Part shown: in pieces, positions 9,461-18,726 of the stretch | Layout of the letters: every line of letters starts with the position of its first letter | Numbering within the stretch: position 1 is the first letter of the stretch | Source: an uncultured Chitinophagales bacterium | GTDB lineage: Bacteria; Bacteroidota; Rhodothermia; Balneolales; CAYWCV01 | Reading direction: 5' to 3' | Assembly (NCBI GenBank): GCA_964456845.1 | Contig: CAYWCV010000001.1 | Coordinates: 30,771 to 94,770, forward strand | DNA: 64,000 bases | The notes under the pieces: model-generated | Databases searched by the model: none | What the model was told of the DNA's origin: nothing | What the model saw: only the letters and a program-made list of their open reading frames with translations | Made by a program: the position numbers and the translations under genes

Positions 9461-11235
9461 AGAAGTTTACACATATTGCTTTTATTCCAGTAATAGCGCT
9501 CGTATTTGCGTCCTGCTCAGGAACGAAGTGGGTCATCCAGCCCGATCCAGTCGTAGATTATCGGGCTGGGGACATCATCGAAAGCTATTCCTTTGTGCGG
9601 CAGGTGAACGTGCCTTCGCCGTCACGACCCATTGTGGAGTTTGAGCTGAGGGAGGTGAACGTTGTTGAGTACCCTCAGCGCGCCGAGTCGCAGCGATTCG
9701 TTCAACAGTATAAGCTGCGCCCTGGTTTGGTAGCCCTTACATTGGCTTCGTCGGCGGCTGTCCTGTACGTGGCCAACTCGCCGAACGTCAGCATCGAAGG
9801 GGGCTTCAAAAATCAAAAACTCATCCTTAACAGTGCTGCAGCAGTTCTGGCTGCAAGCGGATTCGTCGCGCTAAAGCCAGCCGGAGCCCCAATCCCGACC
9901 GACGAACGCAGGATGCTTGCCCAGACGGGCACAGTAATATTGCGCGACACCGTTTCGTATGTCAACGACATGCCATCACAATCGTATGTGACAGTGAAAT
10001 ACAAAGGGGACACGCTGGTCGAAAACGTACGTAAGGAGTTCTCGCGTGGCAGGATGATGTTCGACATCAATCGTGAGGTTCAGTTTGTTCCGGTTCAGTC
10101 GGTCGATCCCGGAAACTTGGAGATCCAGATAGAGTCGAACGGCTCCGTTTCGCAACTTCAAGTGCCTGTGACTTCGGTGATGTCGCAGTATGTGCGCGTC
10201 GTCACAGAGTCGACACCCCTCCGAAGTGGTCCACGGGATGTCCCCGGCAACATACTGGCAGACATTGTGAAGGACAGCCAGCTGCAATACCTGGAGACCT
10301 ATGATTCCGATTGGCTTCGGGTTCAATATGGAGTTGCTTCCACGTACATCAGAAGATCGGATGTCGAATTGATATGGAGGCCCCTGGGTCGAACAGACGA
10401 GGCACTGGTTGTTACCGAACGGGAGGCGAATTTTGGCCAGATCGACATAGAGAACGACATACCGACCCGCAATGAAACCGCCACCAACGCATTTGCGGTG
10501 GTTATTGGCAACACCGATTATCTTCCGGAACTACCCCGCAGGCGAATTGCTGGGCTGAATATGGACCTCATCCAACGGTATACACGTTTGGCTCTGGGCG
10601 TTCCAAGCGATAATGTAATGGTTCTGAACAATCCGGAGAGGTTTGATTTCGAGGATATTTTCGGTTTTAGCAACCGCCAATCAGGTCTGGTGCGATCTCT
10701 TGACGACCAAACAAATCTCTTGATTCATTTGTCAGGGCTAGGCTTCGTTGATGGTGATACCGTGTACATGCTGCCGTCGGATGCTCAGCCTGGCGCTCTA
10801 TCCTTTACAGCAGTGCGAATGGATGACTTTTTCAAAGCCCTCGGGAGGTTGCCGTTTTCGCAATGTGCCGTTATTGTGGATCTTGATTTCATACCATATT
10901 CCACAGACGCTCCGAATGCATCGAATGTGGGTGGTCTTGAGTTATACAGGCAAATTACGGGTGAGTTTATAAATCGCCCACATACGGCCGTCATCTTTAC
11001 CAATCAAGCGCATCAGCGATCCGGAGATTACATTTCGCAAGACGGAAGGGTAAACAATCGATATAGCATTGGGACCTACTTTATTGCCCGCGCTTTGAAG
11101 GAAAATCGCACGAGAATGGGCGATATTTTCCAGTATATCGACAATAATGTGAATTTTACCTCAAGACTGTTGCACGATCGTGCCCAATCACCCGTATTTT
11201 TGGGTGACCCGGATCTGAGATTGACCGGCAATTGA
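9451..11235 (+). CDS. lipoprotein with a central SH3b-like segment and a C-terminal caspase-like (C14-fold) domain that appears catalytically inactive
   Basis: 594 aa. The lipobox is ALVFASC. Residues 247-305 (YVRVVTESTPLRSGP...WLRVQYG..YIRRSDVE) look SH3b-like. Residues 346-592 follow the bacterial caspase layout (AFAVVIGNTDY ... LLIHLSGLGF ... YMLPSDA ... AVIVDLDF ... AVIFTN ... SPVFLGD). The start overlaps the ackA stop by 10 nt. Confidence 0.55.
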   Translation: MGLKKFTHIAFIPVIALVFASCSGTKWVIQPDPVVDYRAGDIIESYSFVRQVNVPSPSRPIVEFELREVNVVEYPQRAESQRFVQQYKLRPGLVALTLASSAAVLYVANSPNVSIEGGFKNQKLILNSAAAVLAASGFVALKPAGAPIPTDERRMLAQTGTVILRDTVSYVNDMPSQSYVTVKYKGDTLVENVRKEFSRGRMMFDINREVQFVPVQSVDPGNLEIQIESNGSVSQLQVPVTSVMSQYVRVVTESTPLRSGPRDVPGNILADIVKDSQLQYLETYDSDWLRVQYGVASTYIRRSDVELIWRPLGRTDEALVVTEREANFGQIDIENDIPTRNETATNAFAVVIGNTDYLPELPRRRIAGLNMDLIQRYTRLALGVPSDNVMVLNNPERFDFEDIFGFSNRQSGLVRSLDDQTNLLIHLSGLGFVDGDTVYMLPSDAQPGALSFTAVRMDDFFKALGRLPFSQCAVIVDLDFIPYSTDAPNASNVGGLELYRQITGEFINRPHTAVIFTNQAHQRSGDYISQDGRVNNRYSIGTYFIARALKENRTRMGDIFQYIDNNVNFTSRLLHDRAQSPVFLGDPDLRLTGN

Positions 11236-11255
11236 TCGCATAATCATCTACGGCC

Positions 11256-12107
11256 TTGATATTTGTTTTTCTGAGCGCTTTCAGCTCGGTCATTTTGGCG
11301 CATATGCTAAAGTATGCGGGCCATCACCGCATGCGCGAGCTACATGTTTACCTGATAAACTACCTGGTTGCTGGCGTTGCCGCCTTCATGCTGTCCGATA
11401 CTCCCATAAGTACGATCTTCCGTGTAGACTCGGTCGGTGAGTTGGGATTCGGTGTCTTTGTAGGCCTGCTTTACATGTCAAATCTAATATTGATGGGCCG
11501 GTCGATGACTGAGAATGGAATCGGCCTCACGGTGTCCGTGATGCGCATTTCCCTTGTGATCCCTGTAATCGTTTCCATCATCGTATATTCTGAACAGACC
11601 AGCACACTCAGGATCGTGGGGCTCATTCTTGCGTTCGCGGCACTCGGAATCCTTTTCAAGCCTAGTAAGGTGGAGCGAAGCTCAACGGCACTTTACTATT
11701 TGCTGATGATATTTTTATTAACGGGAATCGGTGACGTTTCGCTGAAAGTGTTTCAGGCCTCGGGAAGCCCGATATTCGACAAATGGATGTTCATGGGTGT
11801 CGTTTTTACCACATGCACCATCCTTTGCCTAGTGTATATCGTGTTTCGTGAGAAACCGATCCCTTCTGGAGAAGAGATTAAGGTGGGTTTTCTTGTGGGC
11901 ATTCCCAACCTGGCGGCATCGATTTTCATTCTGATGGGATTGGAGCTGGTTCCGGCTTCGATCGCATTTCCAACGTCGAACCTTACGATCATAACGGGTG
12001 GCACCATCCTCGGCAGGCTGTATTGGAAGGATGTTTTGACGCGTAGGCACTATATTGTGATATCCCTCGCAATTGCTGCAATTGTTTTACTTACTATGGA
12101 CGTATGA
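11256..12107 (+). CDS. polytopic membrane protein of about 10 TM segments, DMT/EamA-like transporter
   Basis: 283 aa, very hydrophobic, with two similar 5-TM halves and a TTG start. Its stop overlaps the pta start by 4 nt. Confidence 0.5.
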   Translation: MIFVFLSAFSSVILAHMLKYAGHHRMRELHVYLINYLVAGVAAFMLSDTPISTIFRVDSVGELGFGVFVGLLYMSNLILMGRSMTENGIGLTVSVMRISLVIPVIVSIIVYSEQTSTLRIVGLILAFAALGILFKPSKVERSSTALYYLLMIFLLTGIGDVSLKVFQASGSPIFDKWMFMGVVFTTCTILCLVYIVFREKPIPSGEEIKVGFLVGIPNLAASIFILMGLELVPASIAFPTSNLTIITGGTILGRLYWKDVLTRRHYIVISLAIAAIVLLTMDV

Positions 12108-13090
12108 ACCCATTTATTGCCGCACTTCACACCAAGGCAGCAGCCAAGAATGCCTCCGTGGTATTTCCTGAGGCCGATGACATCCGTGTACTCGAAGCAG
12201 CCAACATATTGGCAGACAAAGGATTGTGCACCGTGCATCTTGTTGCTGAATCGGCTGCGTTCAACTCGGCCCAAGCCAATCATCCAACGCAATTGCATGA
12301 TTCCATAAAGGTGCATTTTGTCGACATGATCGACCACGAACAGCTACGTGCGATGGCGCATCACCTTTACGAACGGCGTAAGGCCAAAGGGATGACCTTG
12401 GAGCAGGCAACACTCCTGTGTCGCGAGCCACTGTGGCATGCGGCGGGTTTGGTCGCCACTGGGAGCGTGGATGCCTGTGTTGCGGGTGCTGTCAACACAA
12501 CGGGCGACGTGCTCAGGGCCGGCCTTCAGATGATCGGCCTTGCCGAAGGGTCGCAGGTTGTCTCGGGATCGTTCATGATGAGCTGGGATGATGGAAGGGT
12601 GTTCGCGTACGCCGACTGTGCCGTGTTTCCGTACCCCAATGGCGAGCAGCTGGCAACGATTGCAGCCGATACGGCTTCCATGTATTACAAACTTACCGGC
12701 ATCGATCCCAAGGTGGCATTCTTGTCGTTTGCCACGGGCAGCAGCGCGAATCACGAACGCGTTGAACTCGTTAACGATGCCGTTAAAAGATTTCGTGAAG
12801 CACATCCAGAAATGGATGCCGACGGACCGCTCCAGTTCGACGCAGCCTTGCTTCCCGAGATTGGCCAGCGGAAGGCACCTGGCTCATCCGTTGCCGGAAA
12901 AGCGAACGTATTTGTGTTCCCCAATCTGGATGCCGGAAACATATCCTACAAGATCACCGAACGCCTAGGTGGCGCCGTAGCAACCGGCCCCATCATTCAG
13001 GGGCTCCTCAGGCCCATGAACGACCTTTCCAGGGGCGCTTCTGCCAGCGACATTGTCGACACCGCGTGCATTGCTGCATTAATGTCCTGA
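12104..13090 (+). CDS. pta: phosphate acetyltransferase, short PTA_PTB-only form
   Basis: 328 aa. Diagnostic segments are VVFPEADDIRVLEAA, ADCAV.P.P and FVFPNLDAGNISYKI. Confidence 0.88.
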   Translation: MNPFIAALHTKAAAKNASVVFPEADDIRVLEAANILADKGLCTVHLVAESAAFNSAQANHPTQLHDSIKVHFVDMIDHEQLRAMAHHLYERRKAKGMTLEQATLLCREPLWHAAGLVATGSVDACVAGAVNTTGDVLRAGLQMIGLAEGSQVVSGSFMMSWDDGRVFAYADCAVFPYPNGEQLATIAADTASMYYKLTGIDPKVAFLSFATGSSANHERVELVNDAVKRFREAHPEMDADGPLQFDAALLPEIGQRKAPGSSVAGKANVFVFPNLDAGNISYKITERLGGAVATGPIIQGLLRPMNDLSRGASASDIVDTACIAALMS

Positions 13091-14023
13091 TCAGGGCAGG
13101 GGCTCGTTGCGGGCCGCCCGCCACAAACGATACCAGTCGGCGCGCGACAAGTCGACCTTTGATGAATCGGCAGCCTCTCGGATGTGGTCCGGATTATTGC
13201 TGCCATAAACAGGGATAGCCTTGAACGGGAAGCGGCGGATCCAGGCTAAGGCAATCTGGCTGTAGGAAGCCTGGTGGGCTTCAGCCTGCCGCTGTAGCTC
13301 AAAACGTAGGCTGTGCACCCTATCAATTAAATGGTCGGGCACATTGTGCCCAAAAATGGCCCCCTTTTTGATTGGACTGTACGCTAGAAAGACCGTTCCG
13401 TTTTGCTCGCAGTAATCAAAGACCCCGTCAGTCATCGCATCCAAATGCAAAAGGCTGAATTCGTTCTGTACGGATGCGATCGGCTCATGAAGGTACTCTT
13501 GGTGGGCGTGTATCTGCGATGGGCTGAAATTGCTGACCCCAATATGCCGAACAAGGCCTTCCTGTTGAAGTCGGTTTAAAGCCCGCGCTACTTCAGAGGG
13601 GTGCGTGAGCGGATCTCTGCGGTGGATCTGATAAAGGTCGAGGTAGTCGAGTCCTAAGCGTTCCAACGTCCCCTCAATGCTATGCATCACATAGTCGTAG
13701 CTGGAGTCGTACCGATGCGGACCCTCGTGGTCTTGGAAACGTATACTGCACTTGCTGGCTATGTACAGTTTTGAACGGTCTGGCTTGATGGTTTCCAAAC
13801 AGTGGCGAAAGATGGATTCGCAGTGGCCGAAAGCGTAAATATCGGCATGGTCGAAAAAGGTGTAACCAGCTTCTAAGGCTGTCTGCATGGCCCGAACAGC
13901 TGCCTGGCGGTTGACGTCCGTAATTTCGGAAGGCTCCCAGCTGCCAGCCAACCCCATCATTCCCAGGGATGGCAACCCGGAGGCGTGGCAGCTGTCTAGG
14001 TCGGGTAGATTAGTTTTGGACAC
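13091..14023 (-). CDS. aldo/keto reductase
   Basis: Motifs FFDHADIYAFGHCE, LDYLDLYQIHRRDP and the SNFSP region support the family. I place the start at the GTG at 14023 because the family N-terminal G.sGl..S.lGlG block (ASGLPSLGMMGLAG) lies upstream of the first internal ATG. The longer ORF-track start at 14161 would overlap the amylase gene by about 150 nt. Confidence 0.75.
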   Translation of the reverse strand: MSKTNLPDLDSCHASGLPSLGMMGLAGSWEPSEITDVNRQAAVRAMQTALEAGYTFFDHADIYAFGHCESIFRHCLETIKPDRSKLYIASKCSIRFQDHEGPHRYDSSYDYVMHSIEGTLERLGLDYLDLYQIHRRDPLTHPSEVARALNRLQQEGLVRHIGVSNFSPSQIHAHQEYLHEPIASVQNEFSLLHLDAMTDGVFDYCEQNGTVFLAYSPIKKGAIFGHNVPDHLIDRVHSLRFELQRQAEAHQASYSQIALAWIRRFPFKAIPVYGSNNPDHIREAADSSKVDLSRADWYRLWRAARNEPLP

Positions 14024-15410
14024 GTGCGTACACTTTGTAATCCCAAGGGCCGAGATTGACGTTAAAATTCGAAGGAATGTCGAAAACGGAGTCGGTGAAA
14101 ACGTCCCGGTAGGTATGCTGTAGATCGTTGGTGTTGAGACTAACCTGAGCGGAATCAGCACTGAGATTCAGTACGACTACGACGGAGTAAACATCCTTGG
14201 ATCTGTGGAATGCATATACACGGTCATTTTCGGCTGCCAGCCGCTGCATGGGTGCACCATCTTCGCCATTCCAAAGTGCGGGATTGTTGCGTTTCAGCAG
14301 GTTCAAGCGCGTGTAGATGTCCCTAAATGGACTCTCTTTCCATTCGATGGAATCTTTGTCGAAGAAGGCCAGGCGCTTGTCCATGCCGGCTTCTTGGCCG
14401 CTGTAGATGAGCGGCATCCCTTCGATGGTCCCCGACAGAACTGCAAATGCTTGGGCTCCATCGCCCAATCGTTCAAAGACCGTTCCATTCCAAGAGTTTT
14501 CGTCATGGTTGCTGGTGAAGTTCATCAGCCATGTATCGGCCGGGAATTTCGTCCGTGTAACCTCGATCATGCTGTCCAGCTTTGCAAGCGGGGCGCCCTG
14601 TGCCACTCGGTTCATGGTGTGATGCATCTCCCATGCATACCCCATGTCGAAAGCCTTTTCGTGAAGTACTGGTGTTTCGGCCTCTGCGAGCATGAATACA
14701 GGCTTAATGGCGTCGAGGCGCACACGTGCCGTTTCCCAGAAGTCGACAGGAACCATATCGGCCACATCACAGCGATAGCCGTCGATGTCGAATTCACGCA
14801 CCCAATATTCGAGCGCATCTATCATAGCTTCACGGAGCTCAGCATTGTCGAAATTCAGGTCGATCACATCACTCCAATCGTCAACCGGCGGCACAAAATT
14901 GCCATTTTCGTCCTTTGTGTACCACTCTGGGTTGCTGATGGTCCACGCATGATCCCAGGAGGTGTGATTCGCCACCCAGTCGATAATGACTTTCATGCCT
15001 AGGCTGTGCGCAGCACTCACGAAACGACGGAAGTCATCCTCGGTTCCAAATTCGGGGTTGATGCCCTTATAGTCGCGAACCGAATAGTAGGACCCTAGCG
15101 ATCCCTTGCGGTTCAGCTCGCCGATGGGATGGATGGGCATCAGCCAGATGATGCCGACTCCCATCTCGCGAAGCTCGCCTAACCGCTCGGTCGCGGCGTT
15201 GAAGGTGCCCTCGTCGGAGAACTGCCGTACATTCAGTTCGTAGATCACGGCGTTTCGGCTCCATTCGAGGTGACCCGTCGGCTGTGCAAGTTGGGGTACG
15301 TCCGGCTGCTGGTTGCCGCACGCGACAATAAGGAGGCTTACAAATAGAAAGAGCGATCTTGTGATGGATGATTTCATACGGATCAGGATAAAATGCAGAG
15401 TATTAGACAA
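14010..15410 (-). CDS. GH13 alpha-amylase-family glycosidase, a lipoprotein
   Basis: 466 aa. The lipobox is LLIVACG. GH13 regions are VIYELNVRQF, IIDWVANHTS, DGYRCDVA, MLAEA and FTSNHDEN. Confidence 0.85.
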   Translation of the reverse strand: MSNTLHFILIRMKSSITRSLFLFVSLLIVACGNQQPDVPQLAQPTGHLEWSRNAVIYELNVRQFSDEGTFNAATERLGELREMGVGIIWLMPIHPIGELNRKGSLGSYYSVRDYKGINPEFGTEDDFRRFVSAAHSLGMKVIIDWVANHTSWDHAWTISNPEWYTKDENGNFVPPVDDWSDVIDLNFDNAELREAMIDALEYWVREFDIDGYRCDVADMVPVDFWETARVRLDAIKPVFMLAEAETPVLHEKAFDMGYAWEMHHTMNRVAQGAPLAKLDSMIEVTRTKFPADTWLMNFTSNHDENSWNGTVFERLGDGAQAFAVLSGTIEGMPLIYSGQEAGMDKRLAFFDKDSIEWKESPFRDIYTRLNLLKRNNPALWNGEDGAPMQRLAAENDRVYAFHRSKDVYSVVVVLNLSADSAQVSLNTNDLQHTYRDVFTDSVFDIPSNFNVNLGPWDYKVYARVQN

Positions 15411-15429
15411 TGATAGCGATTAAATGGCA

Positions 15430-16437
15430 TTAAACGGTCCTCTCTCCAGCTGTGTCAGACAGGAACAGGTCCTTAACTTGTGAATTGTCTGAATAGCGCC
15501 CCAGCAACAGCATCAACTTCGTGATGGTGGCTTCGATCGTCATGTCGCCGGCGCTCACGGCACCTGCCTCGTGCAACAGCCGTGCATTGAGATATTTTGA
15601 AAGGTCCACGGCATCGTAGGGGGCCTGAGAGGTAACGACCACAATGATACCCCTACGCAGGCAAGATTCAACGAAGGGCAACATGCTGAACTCGTCCAGA
15701 ATCGGAATATTGCCCGAACCGAAAACTTCCAGGACGACACAGCGAACGTCCGTGTGAACCATGGCTTCAATGTAGCTGATGTTCATCCCGGGGAAAATCT
15801 TGACAAGTGCAATCCTGTTGTCGCACCGTCCGTCATAGGCCAAATCGATGCGGCTCTTGCGTACTTTTTCCCTGAACGAGATGTTAAGACCGATTTCTGC
15901 TACTGCCGGAAAATTTGGCGACGCAAAGGCATCGAAATCGCCGATGCTCATCTTCGTGCTCCGGTTGCCCCGCAAAAATTTGTCATTGAAGCAGATTCCC
16001 ACTTCACAGATGCCGGTGGTGGCGATTTCGACGGCATTGATCAGGTTTCGGCGAGCGTCGCTTCTCACATTTCCAAGTGGGATCTGGCTGCCCGTTAATA
16101 CGATCGGTTTTGTCAGACCGGCGAACGCAAACGATAAAAAAGACGCCGTGTACGCCATGGTGTCAGTTCCGTGAACAATGACGAACCCGTCGTAATGGGT
16201 GTACTGCTCAAAGATGTGCCTTCCGATGCGATCCCAATGGTAGTGGTTCAAATTGGAGCTGTCTTCGACGAACAATGTGCGCACATCGAAGGTGGCAATG
16301 CGCTCGAGTTCAGGCATGTCCTCTCTGAGGCGGAGGCCCTTTCCAGGTTCGCTGAAGCCGACGCCTTCGTCAAGGTCGTCCTTCATGGCGATGGTGCCGC
16401 CCGTTTGCAGGATGAGGATGTGTTTTCGTTTCTTCAT
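15430..16437 (-). CDS. ansA: type I L-asparaginase
   Basis: The start is taken at MKKRKHILILQTGGTIAM (ATG at 16437). Both the TGGTIA threonine motif and HGTDTM are present. Confidence 0.85.
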   Translation of the reverse strand: MKKRKHILILQTGGTIAMKDDLDEGVGFSEPGKGLRLREDMPELERIATFDVRTLFVEDSSNLNHYHWDRIGRHIFEQYTHYDGFVIVHGTDTMAYTASFLSFAFAGLTKPIVLTGSQIPLGNVRSDARRNLINAVEIATTGICEVGICFNDKFLRGNRSTKMSIGDFDAFASPNFPAVAEIGLNISFREKVRKSRIDLAYDGRCDNRIALVKIFPGMNISYIEAMVHTDVRCVVLEVFGSGNIPILDEFSMLPFVESCLRRGIIVVVTSQAPYDAVDLSKYLNARLLHEAGAVSAGDMTIEATITKLMLLLGRYSDNSQVKDLFLSDTAGERTV

Positions 16438-16596
16438 GTAAGCTAAAGGTAGTGAAGGTGGCATGGATGGTAAAAGAAAAAACAATTCTCACAATCGCTT
16501 TTTAATCTGAAATTGTCTTAATTGTCTGAAAGGCAAAATCAGCCATTAATAGCGTGCCAAGGATATCAGATTAACTAAACATAAAGGTAGGCCGCC

Positions 16597-18726
16597 ATGA
16601 AAGTATATGAACCATCAAGCATTCGAAATGTGGTTTTGCTGGGTCACTCCGGATCCGGCAAAACCACGCTAGCTGAAACCATGCTCTACGAGTCCGGAGT
16701 CATCAATCGTCGTGGAAGCGTGCAGGAAGGGACAACCGTCTCAGATTATCACGAAATAGAACACGAAAAACAGAAATCCGTCTTTTCATCGTTGATCACC
16801 CTCGACTGGAGAGGATACAAGATCAACCTCATCGACACACCGGGCACCATGGACTTCTTCGGCGAAGTGATCGGTGCATTGAAGGTTGCAGCCACAGGTA
16901 TTTATGTCTTAGATGCTCAATCGGGCGTAGAAGTGGGAACAGAAGCCCTATGGAAATACACCCATTCCTATAAGAGCCCCTCACTGCTGGTCATCAACAA
17001 AGTTGATCACGAAAAATCAGATTTTTGGGGTGTCGTCGAGCAGGCAAAAGAGCGTTTTGGTCGCGAAGTCACCGTAGTTCAATACCCTTACAACGAGGGC
17101 ACGGGATTCAACGCCATCATCGACGTCCTGAAAATGACGATGTACGAATTTCCCGAAGGCGGCGGCAAGCCCGAGAAATTGCCGATACCCGATTCGCAAC
17201 GAGATCGGGCTCAAATTTTACATAACGAACTCATCGAGGCCATCGCCGAGAACGATGAAATGCTGATGGACCTCTATTTCGAGAAAGGCGAACTAGATGA
17301 GGACGAAATGCGCGAAGGATTGCGTAAATCGATGGTTTCGCACGCACTTTTCCCGGTATTCTGCATTTCGGCAGAACGCAACATGGGCAGTGGACGCTTA
17401 ATGGGATTCATCGACAACGTTGCACCATCGCCACTCGAAGGTAACACCGTTGCTACTATAGATGGCGGTGAGTATGCCGTCGATCCAAAGGATAAAGCCG
17501 CTCTGTTCATATTCAAGACGCACAATGAACCACACGTCGGCGATCTGTCCTATTTCAAAGTGTACGGTGGCAGTGTGCAGCCAGGCATGGACCTGGTGAA
17601 TGCGGCAAACGGAAACTACCTGCGGATGGGCAATCTGTACTCCGTGCAAGGTAACAAACGCGTGGAAGTGCCCTCACTGTCGGCAGGGGATATCGGTACC
17701 GTTGTAAAGCTCAAAGACGTGGGGGTCAACGATACGCTGCGCGACAAAAATTCGAATGTTCAATTCGAGGGCATCACATTTCCAGAACCCGTCATCCGAA
17801 CGGCCATTAAATCGGCCAAAGAAGGGGAGGACGACAAACTAGCCAGCGCCCTGCATCAGATAGCCCGCGAAGACCCGTCATTACAGGTGGAGCACAGCCA
17901 GGAGCTGCGTCAGACCATCATCAGTGGGCAAGGGGAGGAGCACTTGGCCCAGGTCATATACACCCTCCAAAACAGGTACAAGATCACGACCGAACTCGAA
18001 GAGCCGCGAATTCCTTACCGCGAAACCATCACGAAGACGGTCAAGAGCACCTATAAGCACAAGAAGCAGTCGGGAGGTGCTGGCCAGTACGCCGAGGTTC
18101 ACATGCTGATCGAACCTTGGTACGAAGGTATGCCCGATCCGAAGGACATGACCGTACGCGACCGCCAGGAACACGATCTTCCTTGGGGTGGTAAACTTGT
18201 CTTTTACAGCTGCATTGTGGGCGGCGTTATTGATGCCCGTTTCTTACCGGCTATTTTGAAGGGCGTCATGGATAAAATGGAAAACGGCCCACTCACCGGC
18301 AGCCGCGCCCGCGACGTTCGCGTGAGTGTGTACGACGGTTCCATGCACAGCGTCGACTCAAATGATGCAGCGTTCAAAACAGCGTCGTTGATGGCTTTCC
18401 GAAAAGGTTTCATCGATGCGGCGCCCCAATTGCTCGAACCGATCTACGACATCTCCGTACGCATTCCATCTGAGTACATGGGCGACATCATGGGCGACCT
18501 CGCCACACGTCGTGCTCAAATTCAGGGTATGGATTCTGACGGCAACATGCAGATCGTCAAAGCAAAGGTGCCATTGGCAGAACTGTACAAATACTCAACT
18601 TCGCTGAAGTCAATGACTCAAGGACGTGCAACACACGAGCGGGCATTTTCGCATTATGCACCCGTTCCGTCGCACGTACAAGAGAAAGTTGTCAAGGAAA
18701 ACATGGAGGCTGAGGCTACAGCTTAA
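16597..18726 (+). CDS. elongation factor G paralogue (EF-G2-like translational GTPase)
   Basis: 709 aa. G-domain motifs GHSGSGKTT, DTPG and NKVD are present and all five EF-G domains are recognisable. It is not in an rpsL-rpsG-fusA context. Confidence 0.85.
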   Translation: MKVYEPSSIRNVVLLGHSGSGKTTLAETMLYESGVINRRGSVQEGTTVSDYHEIEHEKQKSVFSSLITLDWRGYKINLIDTPGTMDFFGEVIGALKVAATGIYVLDAQSGVEVGTEALWKYTHSYKSPSLLVINKVDHEKSDFWGVVEQAKERFGREVTVVQYPYNEGTGFNAIIDVLKMTMYEFPEGGGKPEKLPIPDSQRDRAQILHNELIEAIAENDEMLMDLYFEKGELDEDEMREGLRKSMVSHALFPVFCISAERNMGSGRLMGFIDNVAPSPLEGNTVATIDGGEYAVDPKDKAALFIFKTHNEPHVGDLSYFKVYGGSVQPGMDLVNAANGNYLRMGNLYSVQGNKRVEVPSLSAGDIGTVVKLKDVGVNDTLRDKNSNVQFEGITFPEPVIRTAIKSAKEGEDDKLASALHQIAREDPSLQVEHSQELRQTIISGQGEEHLAQVIYTLQNRYKITTELEEPRIPYRETITKTVKSTYKHKKQSGGAGQYAEVHMLIEPWYEGMPDPKDMTVRDRQEHDLPWGGKLVFYSCIVGGVIDARFLPAILKGVMDKMENGPLTGSRARDVRVSVYDGSMHSVDSNDAAFKTASLMAFRKGFIDAAPQLLEPIYDISVRIPSEYMGDIMGDLATRRAQIQGMDSDGNMQIVKAKVPLAELYKYSTSLKSMTQGRATHERAFSHYAPVPSHVQEKVVKENMEAEATA

